Positions 37,076 to 49,149 of a stretch of 64,000 bases of DNA are shown here, piece by piece (the first letter of the stretch is position 1; each line of letters opens with the position of its first letter). The notes under the pieces were generated by a model. The model had not been told where the DNA came from. It was given only the letters and a program-made list of their open reading frames with translations, and searched no databases. Location: positions 18,974,001 to 19,038,000 of the forward strand of contig CM075987.1 in assembly GCA_038087875.1 (NCBI GenBank), given 5' to 3'. A program made the position numbers and the translations under genes. The DNA comes from Malacoraja senta. Lineage: Eukaryota.

Positions 37076-40000
37076 CTAATCGATAAGGGAGAGATTCACA
37101 AAGGAGTATCATATCTAATGCCACTCTATACAGATACGAGAGATCTCAGCTTCAACAGCTGGTCAATGGCCATGGTTAAAGTACCAACACTGGCTGGATT
37201 AGCAAAAGTAGAATCAAAGAGATTCCCACCAGAATTGGCCTGTATTTATGGACGAATTTCATCTGCCTCCTTATACCTCAAGGTACTTCAAGGCCAATGA
37301 ACCGTTTAAAAAACACAAAAAAACGTACTTGCTGCTGTAATTTAGAAAATGCAGCCATTAATTTTCACTAAACAATGTGGATAAAGGCAAGATCATCTAT
37401 TTTACTGATCATGCTTGAAGAGCTAAATAAATGGCCAGTCATCTTGGAGAATTCTCCTGCCTTTCTTCAAAACAGTGCCAGGTGCTGCTTATCCATCTGA
37501 GGGACCCAGCTATATATTTTTTTCCTGGACTTTCCCGACAGCACTTCACAAAACCCTATACCATTAAAGACAAGGCAGCAGGCATTTGGGAATTGGAACA
37601 TAGCCACCATGCTTCTTTCCCTCCACTGTATGCTCATGTCCCATCTCTTTTATTGCCTTCTCTTTCTCCTTCCCCTGATCCTCTACCAGCCATATCCCTC
37701 CAGCTTGGATTTCACTGCTCACCAAACCTAAAACTCTTTTGTCTCCTCTTCACCTCTGGCATTTGTCACTTACTCCACCCATCTGCCAATCAACGTCCAC
37801 CCCCCCCCCCCCCACCCCCCCACATGTCTCCACCTATCACTTGCCAAGTTTTGTCCCACCTCTACCTCTCTTTTCCTGCTTTCTCCCTCCCACATCACCC
37901 TGAAGAAGGGTCCCGACCCAAAACAATGACTATCCATTTCCTCCACAGATGTTGCCTGACCCACTAAGTTCCTCCAACACTTGGTTCCCCTGCAGGTTGA
38001 TCTTTGCTTTGACTAGAATGTACCTGTTGTCCCTTCATTGTCACTGCCTCTAAATCACGGAACTCCCTCCTCAAAAGCAATGGGAGTATTTTCATTGGAA
38101 GAACAGCAGCATCTCACCATGAACTTCTCAAAGGCAGTTAATAATAGGCAATAAATACTGACTTCGGTAGTGACACTAAAACCCATTAGCTGATTAAAAA
38201 AAACTGCCAGCCACAAATACGTGTAAATGGATTTCAACAGAGATAAATGGAACCTGTTACATTTTGAGAAGAAGAAAGCTGCATATTCCTTGAGTAACAA
38301 GAAGTGAAGGAACAAAGTGATGCAAGGGCACAAATCATCAAAAATACCCATAAAGGTTTACATTGGAAAAACCAACTAAGCACTGGGCTCATCTCCAGAG
38401 AGATGGAATGAAAAGCAAGAAAAGTTAATGGGAATATGGGGCAGACATTGGGTGAAGTGAACGAGCTTGAATGGGGCATCTTGTTGGACATGGATCAATT
38501 GGACTGAAGGGCACGTTTCCATACTATTTGACTCAACGAATCTCCTTCCAACCTCTTCATTTAACCCCATCATTACCTTATGTTCTTTCTCCTTAAAGGA
38601 CTTATTCAGTTTTCAATTAAATACATCAATGCAATTTTTCTCAAATTGTTCTAATGGTCACACAAACTCCTTCCGAAACACCTTACAGGCAATTAGGGAA
38701 CTAATCAATCTCAAGGATCATCCCGAATTTCCAGCAATTGATATTTTTTTTAATGTAGAAGCTGGTAATCAGAAATAAAAACAGGAAATGCTGGAAACAC
38801 TCAACAGATCATCTGTGGAAAGATAAAAAGCAGTTCACGCTTCAGGCCAAAGTCCTTCATTCCAAAACTTTAACCATGATTCTTGTTCCAGAGATGTTGC
38901 TCGATCTACTGACTCCACCCAGCATTTCCTGTTTCACTATATTTTCAGCCCTGTCCCTTTCCACTTATATCCCTCTCTCAAGCTTTACACTTCACTCTTC
39001 CTCCCTCCTTATTTGACACACTTCTGTCTCCTTTTCACCTCTAGCCTTTGTCGCTTACTCGACCCACCTACCATTCAAAACCCTCCCTCATCTGTAGCCA
39101 CCTAAACTTGCCAGGCTTCCTCCTGCCCCTCACCTCTTTTCTTGCTTTCTCCCCTACCTCCACCTCTGTAGAAGGATCCCGATCCAAAATCTCACTTGTA
39201 CATTCCCTCCACAGATGCGGCCTGACCCATTAAGTTACTCTAGCATTCTGTGTTTTGCTCAAGATTCCAACATCTGCAGTTCCTGTGTCTCCCTCAATTA
39301 ATCTCTCAATGGGAGTCAAAATCTGCTAACAATCCGAGTGAGAAATGACCCTGATCAGGCCCTAATGAACAATGTGAAAACATGCCAAGCATATTGCTGC
39401 CTACTAAACCCATAATAGCTGGCAGCAATTGGCAAATACACAAATCACTGGAAGGTTTAGCAGCAATTAGTTTTGATTTGTTTACACTACAGCCGAGTTC
39501 AGAGTATTAAAATAAAATGTAAGTTACCCTCATCTGCTTAAGATACTTATTGAAAGCATCATCAAACTCTTGTTAATTAATTCTATGGGAGCCACTGAAA
39601 GGAAAGTTTCATTTTGAAACATAAGTTTTTGGCTTGGTATCAGCCAAGGTTCAATGGGAGCATTCTCAGTTGTGTCAGAATTTGAAAGCTTCAAGTTCCA
39701 CTCCTTAGTCTGAAGAAGGGTCCCGAGCCAAAACACGGTCAGTCCATTCCCTCCGCAGATGCTGCCTGACCTGCTGAGTTCCCCCAGCACTTTGTTGTTT
39801 GCTCAAGATTCCAGCATCTGCAGTTCCTTGTGTCTCCACTCATGCACTCTGCTGCCTCTCCCACATTGTAACAGCGACAGAAGCTCAAAGCGCAATTTAT
39901 GGATTTAATCTGTGTTTTAATGAGCAAAATGCATTTGGACAATGCAAGTGGTGTCTTTTCAACAAAAACAATTTACGGTGTGCAATATTGAGAAGTTACT

Positions 40001-40794
40001 ATGTAAGCATCTTCCCATCTACAATTAGAGGCATAGATAAGGAGGACAGACAGAATCTTTTTCCTAGAGTGAAAATAACAAAGACTAGAGGGCATAGCTT
40101 TAAGTGAAGGGGAAAAATTTAAAGGAGATGTGCATGGTGAGTTGTTTTTTTACACACATAGTGGGTGCCTGGAATGCACTGCAAGGGGTGGTGGTAGAGG
40201 CAGATATGATAGTGGCATTTGGATAGGTACATTGATGTGCAAGGATATGGATCACGTTGGCAGAGGAAATTTGTTTATCTTTGCATCATGTTCAATTCAG
40301 GGAATTGATGGCCAAAAGGCCTGTTCCTGTGCTGCACTGTAGTTTTTTTTTTTTTGGGGGGGGGGGGGGGGGTCCTACCTGCCCACCTGAAGTGAGCTGT
40401 TAATCTAAACCATTTTAGATTCTACTTTATGGTTATGCACACAAAAGAAATTGTAAACATGCAATTCTCTCCTTTGTACATCATCAGATCATGGACAAGG
40501 GCATCATCCCCTCATTCATGGCCAGTGGTGTTTGAGTTTGGAGTCATCGGTGGTGGGTTGTAAAATAGCAGGAGCTATTTTCCATGAAAGGGCAGAAAAA
40601 GAGAATAAATATCACACTTAACCCTTTCACACACTTCCTGGAAGACAGCCCGAGTTGCAGTTACGGGGCTGGTGTGGTCCTCCTGGTGAGTACTCTGAAC
40701 TCGGCTGTAGTGTAAAGGACCGAAGCGTGACTTGAGGAGAACTTGCAGGAGATCAAATTAAAAGTCCAACAAAGTAATTGAGCTGAAGGCATAC

Positions 40795-40976
40795 CTGTGG
40801 AAGGATCCCATGCGTCTGGAACTTGCTCCCTGATCCGTGGACTCCAGGTGGTCAAAACCTCCGTCTCAGTCCGGTGAACAACCGGTTCCTCTTTATCCAA
40901 AGGTCTCTTCCAGGCCAGCACGCCCATGGCCTGCTTCCGCCGTCTCACAAGCTCCTCCTCTCTTTGTAAAAGGATC
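40795..40976 (-). CDS. CCDC187: Exon (R)ILLQREEELVRRRKQAMGVLAWKRPLDKEEPVVHRTETEVLTTW...
   Basis: tttgcgtttcatag|G ... ACAG|gtatgc; 182 nt, phase 2-1; similar to CEP350 REQKLMQRRQHAEELLEWKRRLDAEE. Confidence 0.88.
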
Positions 40977-41685
40977 CTATGAAACGCAAAAGGAAGCCCC
41001 CCCGCACCCAGCTCAGTCATTCACAAGTCAGAGCTGCTGTAGAATTGGTCAGTTACAATGTGGCACTGATTCTGTGTCCCTGCACCTATCTATTAGCGAC
41101 TTCCCTCAATTCCCAACCAAATCTAGAGGACATTCAGGCAGTAAGGTGTTCAGCCTCAAAAAACAACTCTACTTGTCTCCCAGGATACATAGATACCCCA
41201 TTAATATTTTACCCACTCAGACGGGACAGGAGAAGGGATGGTGTTCATTCAGATGGAACAGCGGGAAGAGTGGCACCATAATACGACCCATCATGCATGG
41301 TCCCACCATAACCAGCCTGTCCCGCTGAGTTACTCCAGCATTGTGTCTACTTTTGATTTAAACCAGCATCTGCAGTTCTTTCCGACATATAAAATCTAGA
41401 TTGCAAGTATTTTTCCTTGCCTGTGACAGACGTAAAGCCTCAACTGGAGTTAAGGAACGGATCAGAGAGAATGCATGATTTGCATTTAATCGGCACTTAC
41501 TAAGACATCAGCAAAGTGCTCGAGAGCTGTTAGAATTATGAGCCATCTTAAAAACGGCTGAAGAGACTTGGAAACTGATTAGCCTTCTCTACCCTTCTGT
41601 GCAAGGATCTGAGATACATTTTTGCGAGCTTGCACTGTTCAGCTTGACTTGGGACACAGCAGCAAATATTGATGGGGCAGCTCAC

Positions 41686-41858
41686 CTTTCATCCAGCTTG
41701 CTGTGCGCATCCGCTGGTCGGTCTGTGGCTGCACTGTCCTCACTCCCTGAGAGCGACCAAGGGGAAGAGCTCCCCACACCTGGGTCAGGCTCAGGACCAG
41801 CCAGAAGTGTGGGCTCACCATCAGCTGTGGGTGGCAAGGCATCCTTCACTCCTGAAAA
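41686..41858 (-). CDS. CCDC187: Exon FSGVKDALPP...SSSPWSLSGSEDSAATDRPADAHSKLDE(R)
   Basis: gtttag|TTT ... AAAG|gtgagc; 173 nt, phase 0-2, fits both neighbours. Confidence 0.8.
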
Positions 41859-42445
41859 CTAAACCAGACCAAGAGAGCAGAGTAGTGATGGCCCAGGAGA
41901 TCCAGCAACAACCCAGTGCATGAACCACGCACTGGGAATGCAATCCCAGTCACTTTCACTTCTGGTGTATGCTCCTCCACTTGTCATAAGCAACAAAACT
42001 ACCCAATTTAAAGCATAGCATGCCACACTTTTGTTTACCACAGCATCCCTCCAATTGCAGGAGCTGACTTGTACAAATGTTGATGTTTCTGATCAGCTTT
42101 TCCGCCGAACGTTTCCTGACCATTGCACACATCCCACACCCCTTGGTTATTCTCTGGTGCAATAACTGAGTCAAGATGTTTCCCATGTCACTGAGAAAGT
42201 CAAACTGTTCCAACAGCATCACCTCAGCTTGTTCCATAATGCCACAGTCCAACCCAATGTGAACCTTAACCAATGTCTCGTCCCATGAAGTGTGGGAAGG
42301 GAGGCGAGATAAATTATTGCCAAACTGGGAGCCAATACAATGGAGAGAAATGGATGAAAGGGGCATGTTGCGAGCAGGAACGTGAGCTGAGATGTACTGA
42401 GGGTGTAGGGTAGAGTCTGCAGAAAGCGATGTTATGGCTTCTTAC

Positions 42446-42592
42446 CCAAGGGCCCGTTGCAGACAAGCTCAGCTGCCGTTGCAGGTTCGCCGTTGACTGG
42501 TGAATCCTAAAGATCTCCTGCTGCTGTTTGAGGAGGAGTTTCCTCTCCTCGTGGGCAACCCGATAGGCATTCTGGAGGTGCCTGATCTCCGC
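42446..42592 (-). CDS. CCDC187: Exon AEIRHLQNAYRVAHEERKLLLKQQQEIFRIHQSTANLQRQLSLSATGPW
   Basis: ttatttttccag|GCG ... TGG|gtaaga; 147 nt, phase 0-0; conserved coiled coil of the family. Confidence 0.92.
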
Positions 42593-43639
42593 CTGGAAAA
42601 ATAAACGGGTCTGTTAAACCAATGCAGGTAGCTAGGCAATTAGAGTTTAATTCAGTCACCAAATCCAACAAGACACTCAGTCTCTTCAATTTCAGGAAAG
42701 CAATTTAGATATTTGACATGTGGCGCCTTTCACCACTACAGGACATCATTTTACAGCACATCAGTGCTTTTTATAAATAGACAAAGAGGTGCCAGTTTCG
42801 CATATCATTCCTTGGCATCTATGCTAGATCACCCGTCCTAAAATTTGTTTAAGGGTCTGAGCGCCTAATTTAATTAATAATTTTTTTTTTCCCTTAAACT
42901 TTAGTCATCCTTTGGAGATATTTTTTAAATCTAAAAAAGTGAAAATCTTTTATTTTTTATTTTTTTTATAAATAAATGCCAGGATGCTGTCCTGATGCAA
43001 ACAGTCACAAAAACACTTCAGCTCATGAAATGTCTCCGAATCATATTCACTCCTCGGGTGTCAAAAATATAGCAGAAAACCATTTCCCAACAAGCTCCGA
43101 CAAACAAAGTGATATTGACCAGGTTATCAGCTTACTGATGGCAAAGGGAGAAGATAGAAATGGTGGGAGTGAGATGGTGATGGTCACGGAGGTCAGGGAG
43201 AAAGCCCTAGCGTACTCTCCAAATCATGTCTTCAAATCTCTTGGGATTTCATAGAGTCGACACAGCTTTGCCTGAATTGATCCCGGCATTAACCAGTACC
43301 TCTTAGAGTGAAGCATCCCTCATTGCTGCTGTTTCGGAAACCACCACATGCTGGCTCAAGCACAAGACACTGCCCACCAGGTCAGGGTTGACAGCAAGCA
43401 ATGGTGTGAGTGGGGCAAAATAGGCTTGATTGTGAGGGTCAATTGGGAAGGGACTACAGGGGCAATGGAGGAAGGGGGCAAGAAAGGGTGTTTACAAGGG
43501 GCAAGAATGGCTGCACTGGTAAGTGGAGTGAAAAAGGTATTTGATGGGGGAAGAGTGAGGGGTAAAGTGAAGTGATGGGTCAGGTGGATGAAAGGGATGT
43601 GAAGGTCTTAGTCAGGGAATGCACATCAGGATTCCTCAC

Positions 43640-43727
43640 CTTTTCCTTCTGTAGCCTCAGTAAAACCTCCCGCTGCTTCCTGATGACAGCAGGCCTTTTA
43701 TCATCTTGCCCTTTGTCCAAGAGATGT
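43640..43727 (-). CDS. CCDC187: Exon (I)HLLDKGQDDKRPAVIRKQREVLLRLQKEK
   Basis: aattccacag|A ... AAG|gtgagg; 88 nt, phase 2-0; similar to CEP350 HLRDKGEDDKMPPLRKKQRGLLLRLQQEK. Confidence 0.92.
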
Positions 43728-44230
43728 CTGTGGAATTTATCAATTCAATGAAAATGGAGGAGTCATGTTTAAAGCATTTTATAATCTGCATCCATGAATG
43801 ATAAAGTCAACCTATTACACCTGTAGTAGAAAGTCTGACAGCCTACATCGGAGTAAATAACGATATTTCCTCTTCCTGCTGGACTGCAGGCAAACCATTC
43901 TTGCTCTATGAAAGGTGCAAGATCCTGCCTGAATGGTCGCTTTCCCTGACGAACACGCTGCTCTATCACCTCTCCCTCTCCCCGTGACATTTGGACAGAT
44001 ATATCGACAGGAAGAGTTACAGGTTAAATGCAGGCAAATGGGGCTGTTAATGGGGCTGCGTTTAACCTGTTAAGCCAACTTGGTGGGCTTCGACAAGATG
44101 GACCGAGGGGCCTCTTTCTGTGCTATGGAGCTATGTGCCTCTGTGCTCGATGGGCAAAATTGCCATCTCTTGTTCCAATTTACTTTTCTCCTCTAAAAAT
44201 TGCATTAGCAAACCTGAAAAGAGGGCTCAC

Positions 44231-44421
44231 ATTTTCTGCTGCTCGAGCCAGGCCAGCTCAGCCTTGGTTTTCTCCTTCAGTGCTTTCTCCCTCAATCGGA
44301 AGAGAGCCGACTGGTGCCTGGCTCGGAGATCCTCTTCCTTCAGGTACTGGTGAGCCATCTCCAGGGTAAAGCGGCTGAACGTGTCCTGATTCCCGAAGAA
44401 GGGCCTCCCCATTTCCTCCCA
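44231..44421 (-). CDS. CCDC187: Exon WEEMGRPFFGNQDTFSRFTLEMAHQYLKEEDLRARHQSALFRLREKALKEKTKAELAWLEQQK
   Basis: ttttttgtctcag|TGG ... AT|gtgagc; 191 nt, phase 0-2; the most conserved CEP350/CCDC187 block. Confidence 0.94.
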
Positions 44422-45703
44422 CTGAGACAAAAAAACAAAAACAAATGTAAAATCCTCGACACCCAAGAGTCCCAATCTACACGTCCTTGGGCACTGTGGT
44501 AATGCTAACATCACGAGTGTCTCACTTACTCCATGTGTCCTGTCATTAAATGAATCAGTACAACACCAAATGGAATTGATATAACACCTTGAATGTACAA
44601 AGGTTCCCGAGGAATGTCACAGGAGTGCTACAAACAAATCATGAGACTGTGCAAACACTTGGTCTAAAAAACTGCTTCCAATAGTAGAGGTTTTTCAACC
44701 AATGAATCCTGCAGGGCTGCTAGTTGCTCAATTGGAGCTGCCTATTTCAACCTTATTCTCTTTTCTTCAATCTTCTACAAACCTCCAACATAAATATGTA
44801 TCAAATTCCTTTTAATTTTAATTACTTAGAGGTGAAACATTCAGCGCTCTAATCACCTAAGTGTAAATATTTCCTGTTATACTCAGCACTCAGTTTGTAA
44901 CACCAATATTCTAATATCCATCCTCACTTGAACATGCGAGTCTTTAAGTTTTAATCACTGATCACTGGTTTAAATCAGTGTTGTTTAGATTTCTCCTCAA
45001 CATTCTCCGTGTTCAAGGAAATGCCCAATGTTATCATGGTATTTCTCCCTCCTGGAAGAATGAGCAATCCTGCACTTCTTAGCTATAGACTACGCACCCT
45101 TCTGCTGAGCCATGTTGTCCTTTCCAATCAACTTCTCATTGGTGCCAGCTTATTAAAAATTATGACTGCCACCATTATTAATACTTCACGTTGACAATGA
45201 CTATATTGACTTGATTGGGCATTTCAAGTCACCAAATCAGGCAATTTTGAGTTCCACTGATATCTAAACAAGCAGCAATGTCGACCCCCCCCCACCCCTC
45301 TCTTACCCATGCCCCACCTGGATGCACGTGCATTTCTCCCATTATCCTGTCCCCTTCCCCTCCCACCACCCCATCCAATTATATCCCTTCCTCCGGTTTC
45401 ACATTTTGTGCCTCTTCTCTCCTATCTTAAGGCTTTTTGCCTTATTTTCATCTCTGGCTTTTGTCCACCCATATGCCAATCAACCGCCCCACCCTCCTCA
45501 CCTGTATCCACCTTTCACTTGCCAGGCTTTGTCCTGCACCTATCTCTCGCCTACTACAATGAGTCTGAAGAGGAGACCCGTCCTCCAGTGATGCTGCCTA
45601 ACCCACTGAGTTACTCCAGCACTTGGCGCCCTTTAAAAAAAAAAATCAACCAACATCTGCAGTTCTTTCCTTCCACATCTTGCTTTTGTCTCCACAGTCG
45701 TAC

Positions 45704-45873
45704 CTTGCTGAAAGAATTGCTCGGTGTGTGCCGTACACTGCAGTCCCCCGAATGCAAGCTCTTAATGCTTTCCATTGTCTGCCTATAATGGCTCTCAGAA
45801 GGCAACAGGGACCACGGCTCCATTGGCTTATCCTGTCTCAGTGATCCGTCGGTGACACAAGTTTGAGCAGCTC
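45704..45873 (-). CDS. CCDC187: Exon (G)AAQTCVTDG...WSLLPSESHYRQ...SNSFSK
   Basis: tctgttacag|GA ... AAG|gtacga; 170 nt, phase 1-0; SLLPSESH motif shared with CEP350. Confidence 0.87.
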
Positions 45874-47501
45874 CTGTAACAGATTCAACAGGTGAGTAAA
45901 CTGAACATTGACACAGTTACCTGTCACAATGGTTTGCTTGTCCAGATGTGGCTTCAATCTAGATTGTAATAAAAGTTCAAGTTTCTAATAGAAATTTGCA
46001 GCATGATAGCCATGATAAGTGGAGGGAGAATTTTCTGGGCAATGAGACAGCCGGGCCTCCCGAATACCTTTTGAGATAGGAGAACACAACTAAAAACGAC
46101 ACATGGTCACAGCAAGGGATGGGTAGGATTAGAAGAACATAAAGAGAAAACAAAATCAATCAGGTTGATGGTAGCTTTCTCTCTGAACCAATGCATTCAA
46201 TCTGGACATAATATCACCATGGGACAATTTACAGTGGGCAAGAATGTTTAATTGTCATATGTACCGGCAATGGAAGAATGGAATTCTTACCAGCTGCATC
46301 ATTAAGGCCCAATAACACACACAAATATATACAATCATCAATAATACAATAATATTGCAGACCCAAAGTACAGAGTGCAACCAAAGAAAATCCATAGCAA
46401 ATCATAGTTGCTGATCAGTTGTATACTGTTCAAGAACCTGGTGGTTGCTGGGAAGATGCTCTTGAACATGGAGGTCACAGTTTTCAGGCTCCTGTACCTT
46501 CTTCCCAACAGAAGCAGCAAGATGAGAGTGTGTCCAGAGTAGATGTGGGTCTTTGATGATATTTGACGCCTTTGAGGCAGCGCCTCCTGTTAATTTACCA
46601 ATCAATCAGCATATCTTTTGCAGGTGGGAGGAAACTGGAACACCTGGAGAACCCCCCCCCCCCCAGACACTGGGAGAACGTGCAAACTCTGCGCAGAGAC
46701 CCTTTTGAAATTAATGGCCATGCTCAATCATGCAGGTGTGGGGATACTCCACAAGAGGGAGGAAGAGTCAGTTAAAAGGAGAAAGGTGGAGACGCAAGGA
46801 ACTGCAGATGTTGGAACCTTGAGGAAAAACACAAGGTTGCTGGAGGAACTCAAAGGGTCAGACAGCATCTGTCGAGGGAATGGACTCACGTTTTGGGTCT
46901 ATGCCCTTCTTCAGACTCAAAAATAGAAAGGTTAAGCCTGAGCAGAAAATAAAAATATAGATCTTATATCGAGGTCACGAACACATGATCATGGGACTAT
47001 CAACATGGCAAAACTTTTTTTTATCAACAGCACCCCAGACATATGGCAGAATGAGCCATGGCAGGCAGTGTAATGTAATTGCCGTGAGCTGTTCATGAGG
47101 ATAGTCACTTGCTGCTGAACAACCTTCTTTTGTCATCTTCCCAATTCTGACAAAGAGTCTTCAGCCAAACTTTGACTCTGTTTCGCTTCCTGCAGATGCA
47201 GTCCGACCTGCTGAGTGTTTCCAACACTCTGTTTTTACTTTCAATTTACAACATCTGCAGTTTTTAAATTTTCAGTGCAAATAAATACTTTGGAACGACA
47301 GAAGAAACCAAAGACACATTCGGGGTATTGTGCATTCACAGAAAGGAAGAGAGAAAAACAGAGAGCGGTAGAGAGAGAGAGAACTCAGCCAACCTAATTT
47401 CCCAGCGTCATCAAAGTAGGTCTACCTTTCCCATCTCATCCCGCCCTGATCATACAATAATCTGGAGGTAAACTTTCCTGGCCGCTTGGTAGAATGTGTA
47501 C

Positions 47502-47641
47502 CTTTCCCATTCACTGAGCTCTCCACATCTGCCCAGCTCATAGTGTTCGCCAGATGTTTTGTGGACTCGGGTGATACCAGGGATCTATTCAGCTCCAAAA
47601 ATGAGTCTTCTTTCAGCGAAATATTCTTCCTGCAGCGGAAA
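47502..47641 (-). CDS. CCDC187: Exon (S)FRCRKNISLKEDSFLELNRSLVSPESTKHLANTMSWADVESSVNGK
   Basis: tttctctgtag|T ... AAAG|gtacac; 140 nt, phase 2-1. An alternative in-frame acceptor exists at 47629. Confidence 0.75.
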
Positions 47642-49149
47642 CTACAGAGAAAGCAGATATCAGAATAGATCTTTGCTCGCCATCAAGGACAGGGTGGAGT
47701 TTAGAATTTCCTGGCTTCTGGTGCATGTTAGCCGCATCTGTGCTTTTTAGTGATAGTACTCATCGGTACGGCAAACCAGCACTTCGAAAAAATAAAAAAG
47801 TAGATTTTCAAATGTTTGGAATTTTTTTAATATTGCAAATATTAATTTTTTTTTTTTTTTTTAAAGTTGATTTTCAAATGTTTGGAATTTTTTAATATTG
47901 CAAAAATTAAATTAATAAAAAATGAAAATGTATTAAATTAGGCGCATAGAGCCTTAAAGATGTTAAGCAGCTAATAGTAAGTTCTGCTATAGACACCAAC
48001 AGCAAGGAACGATATGTATATCGGCACCGTTCAGTTTACAAAAGAAAAAGCACTGCCCAATACCATCCCAGCACTGTCCAGTTTCACATGAAAATAACTC
48101 CCACTTTCCCCAACACAGGCACCAGACTCACACTATACATCCAGGGGATCTGCCTATCCCGCTGAGTTACTCCAGCATTTTGTGTCTACCATACATTCGG
48201 GGGATCTGTGAAAAGGAGGTGGTAATATTGTTTTGGGCTCCTTATTATCCATTCAGCAATCAAGGCTGCTCTATGTTATTTGTAAGATTAGTGAACAAAT
48301 GTAAAGCGATGGACCGTTCAAGGATCTTGTCGCTGTTGGAGGTCGACATGGGGTAAACAGGCACCTTGGCTTCCCCTGGAACACATGAAAGCCCTGATTT
48401 ACCTTCCGGGGCAAGTTATTGTTTTACACCCAAAGAGTGGTGGGTGCCTGGACTGTGCTGCCAGGGGTGGTGAAGGAAGCAGATTTGATGGTGGTGTTTA
48501 AGAGGTTTTTGGATAGGCACATGATATGCAAGGAACGGAAGGATATAGATCATGTATGAGAAGATGAGTTTAACTTGGCATTGTGTATGGCATAGACATT
48601 GTGGGCTGAAGGGCCTGTTCCCATGCTGCATTTTTTCTATGTCCACATTGCCCAGATAGAGAGGTAGATCCAGGTTCTCAGTATTCTGCATAAAAAGAAG
48701 CCTTTGTTCTCACTCTACATTTTGCCCTTTATTTGGAATCAGTCTATCTCAGTCCTTGAACAAACTGTGCAAGAGAACAGTTTAACTATTTAGAACCAGA
48801 CATTAGAACCACTATTCACTGTCAATTCTTATCAAAGTCAATCAAGACTTTTCACAGCTTTATCAAATCTCCTCTCAACCTCATTAATCCCAAGAACAAC
48901 CACTTCTTCAATCTAACTTTCACATCGTAATCCCTTATCCCTGGAACCATTCAGTCTGCAGAAAGATGCCAATCCAAACTGTCATCTGTCTGCCATTCCC
49001 AACCACAAATGCTGCCTGACCCAATAATTTCCCCCAGTATTTTGTGTTTTGACCTTTTAGGAGATTTTTTGGGGGGTACTGGCTTCAGGACCTTCACAAT
49101 GTGTGTTGGCCAGAAATGTCCACTTTACCGAGTTCTTAAACTCGGGAGA

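Noticed and set aside
48190..48376. Exon-like segment after a ttccag acceptor on the minus strand
   Set aside because: All frames close before a convincing donor, and the flanking exons join in frame without it.
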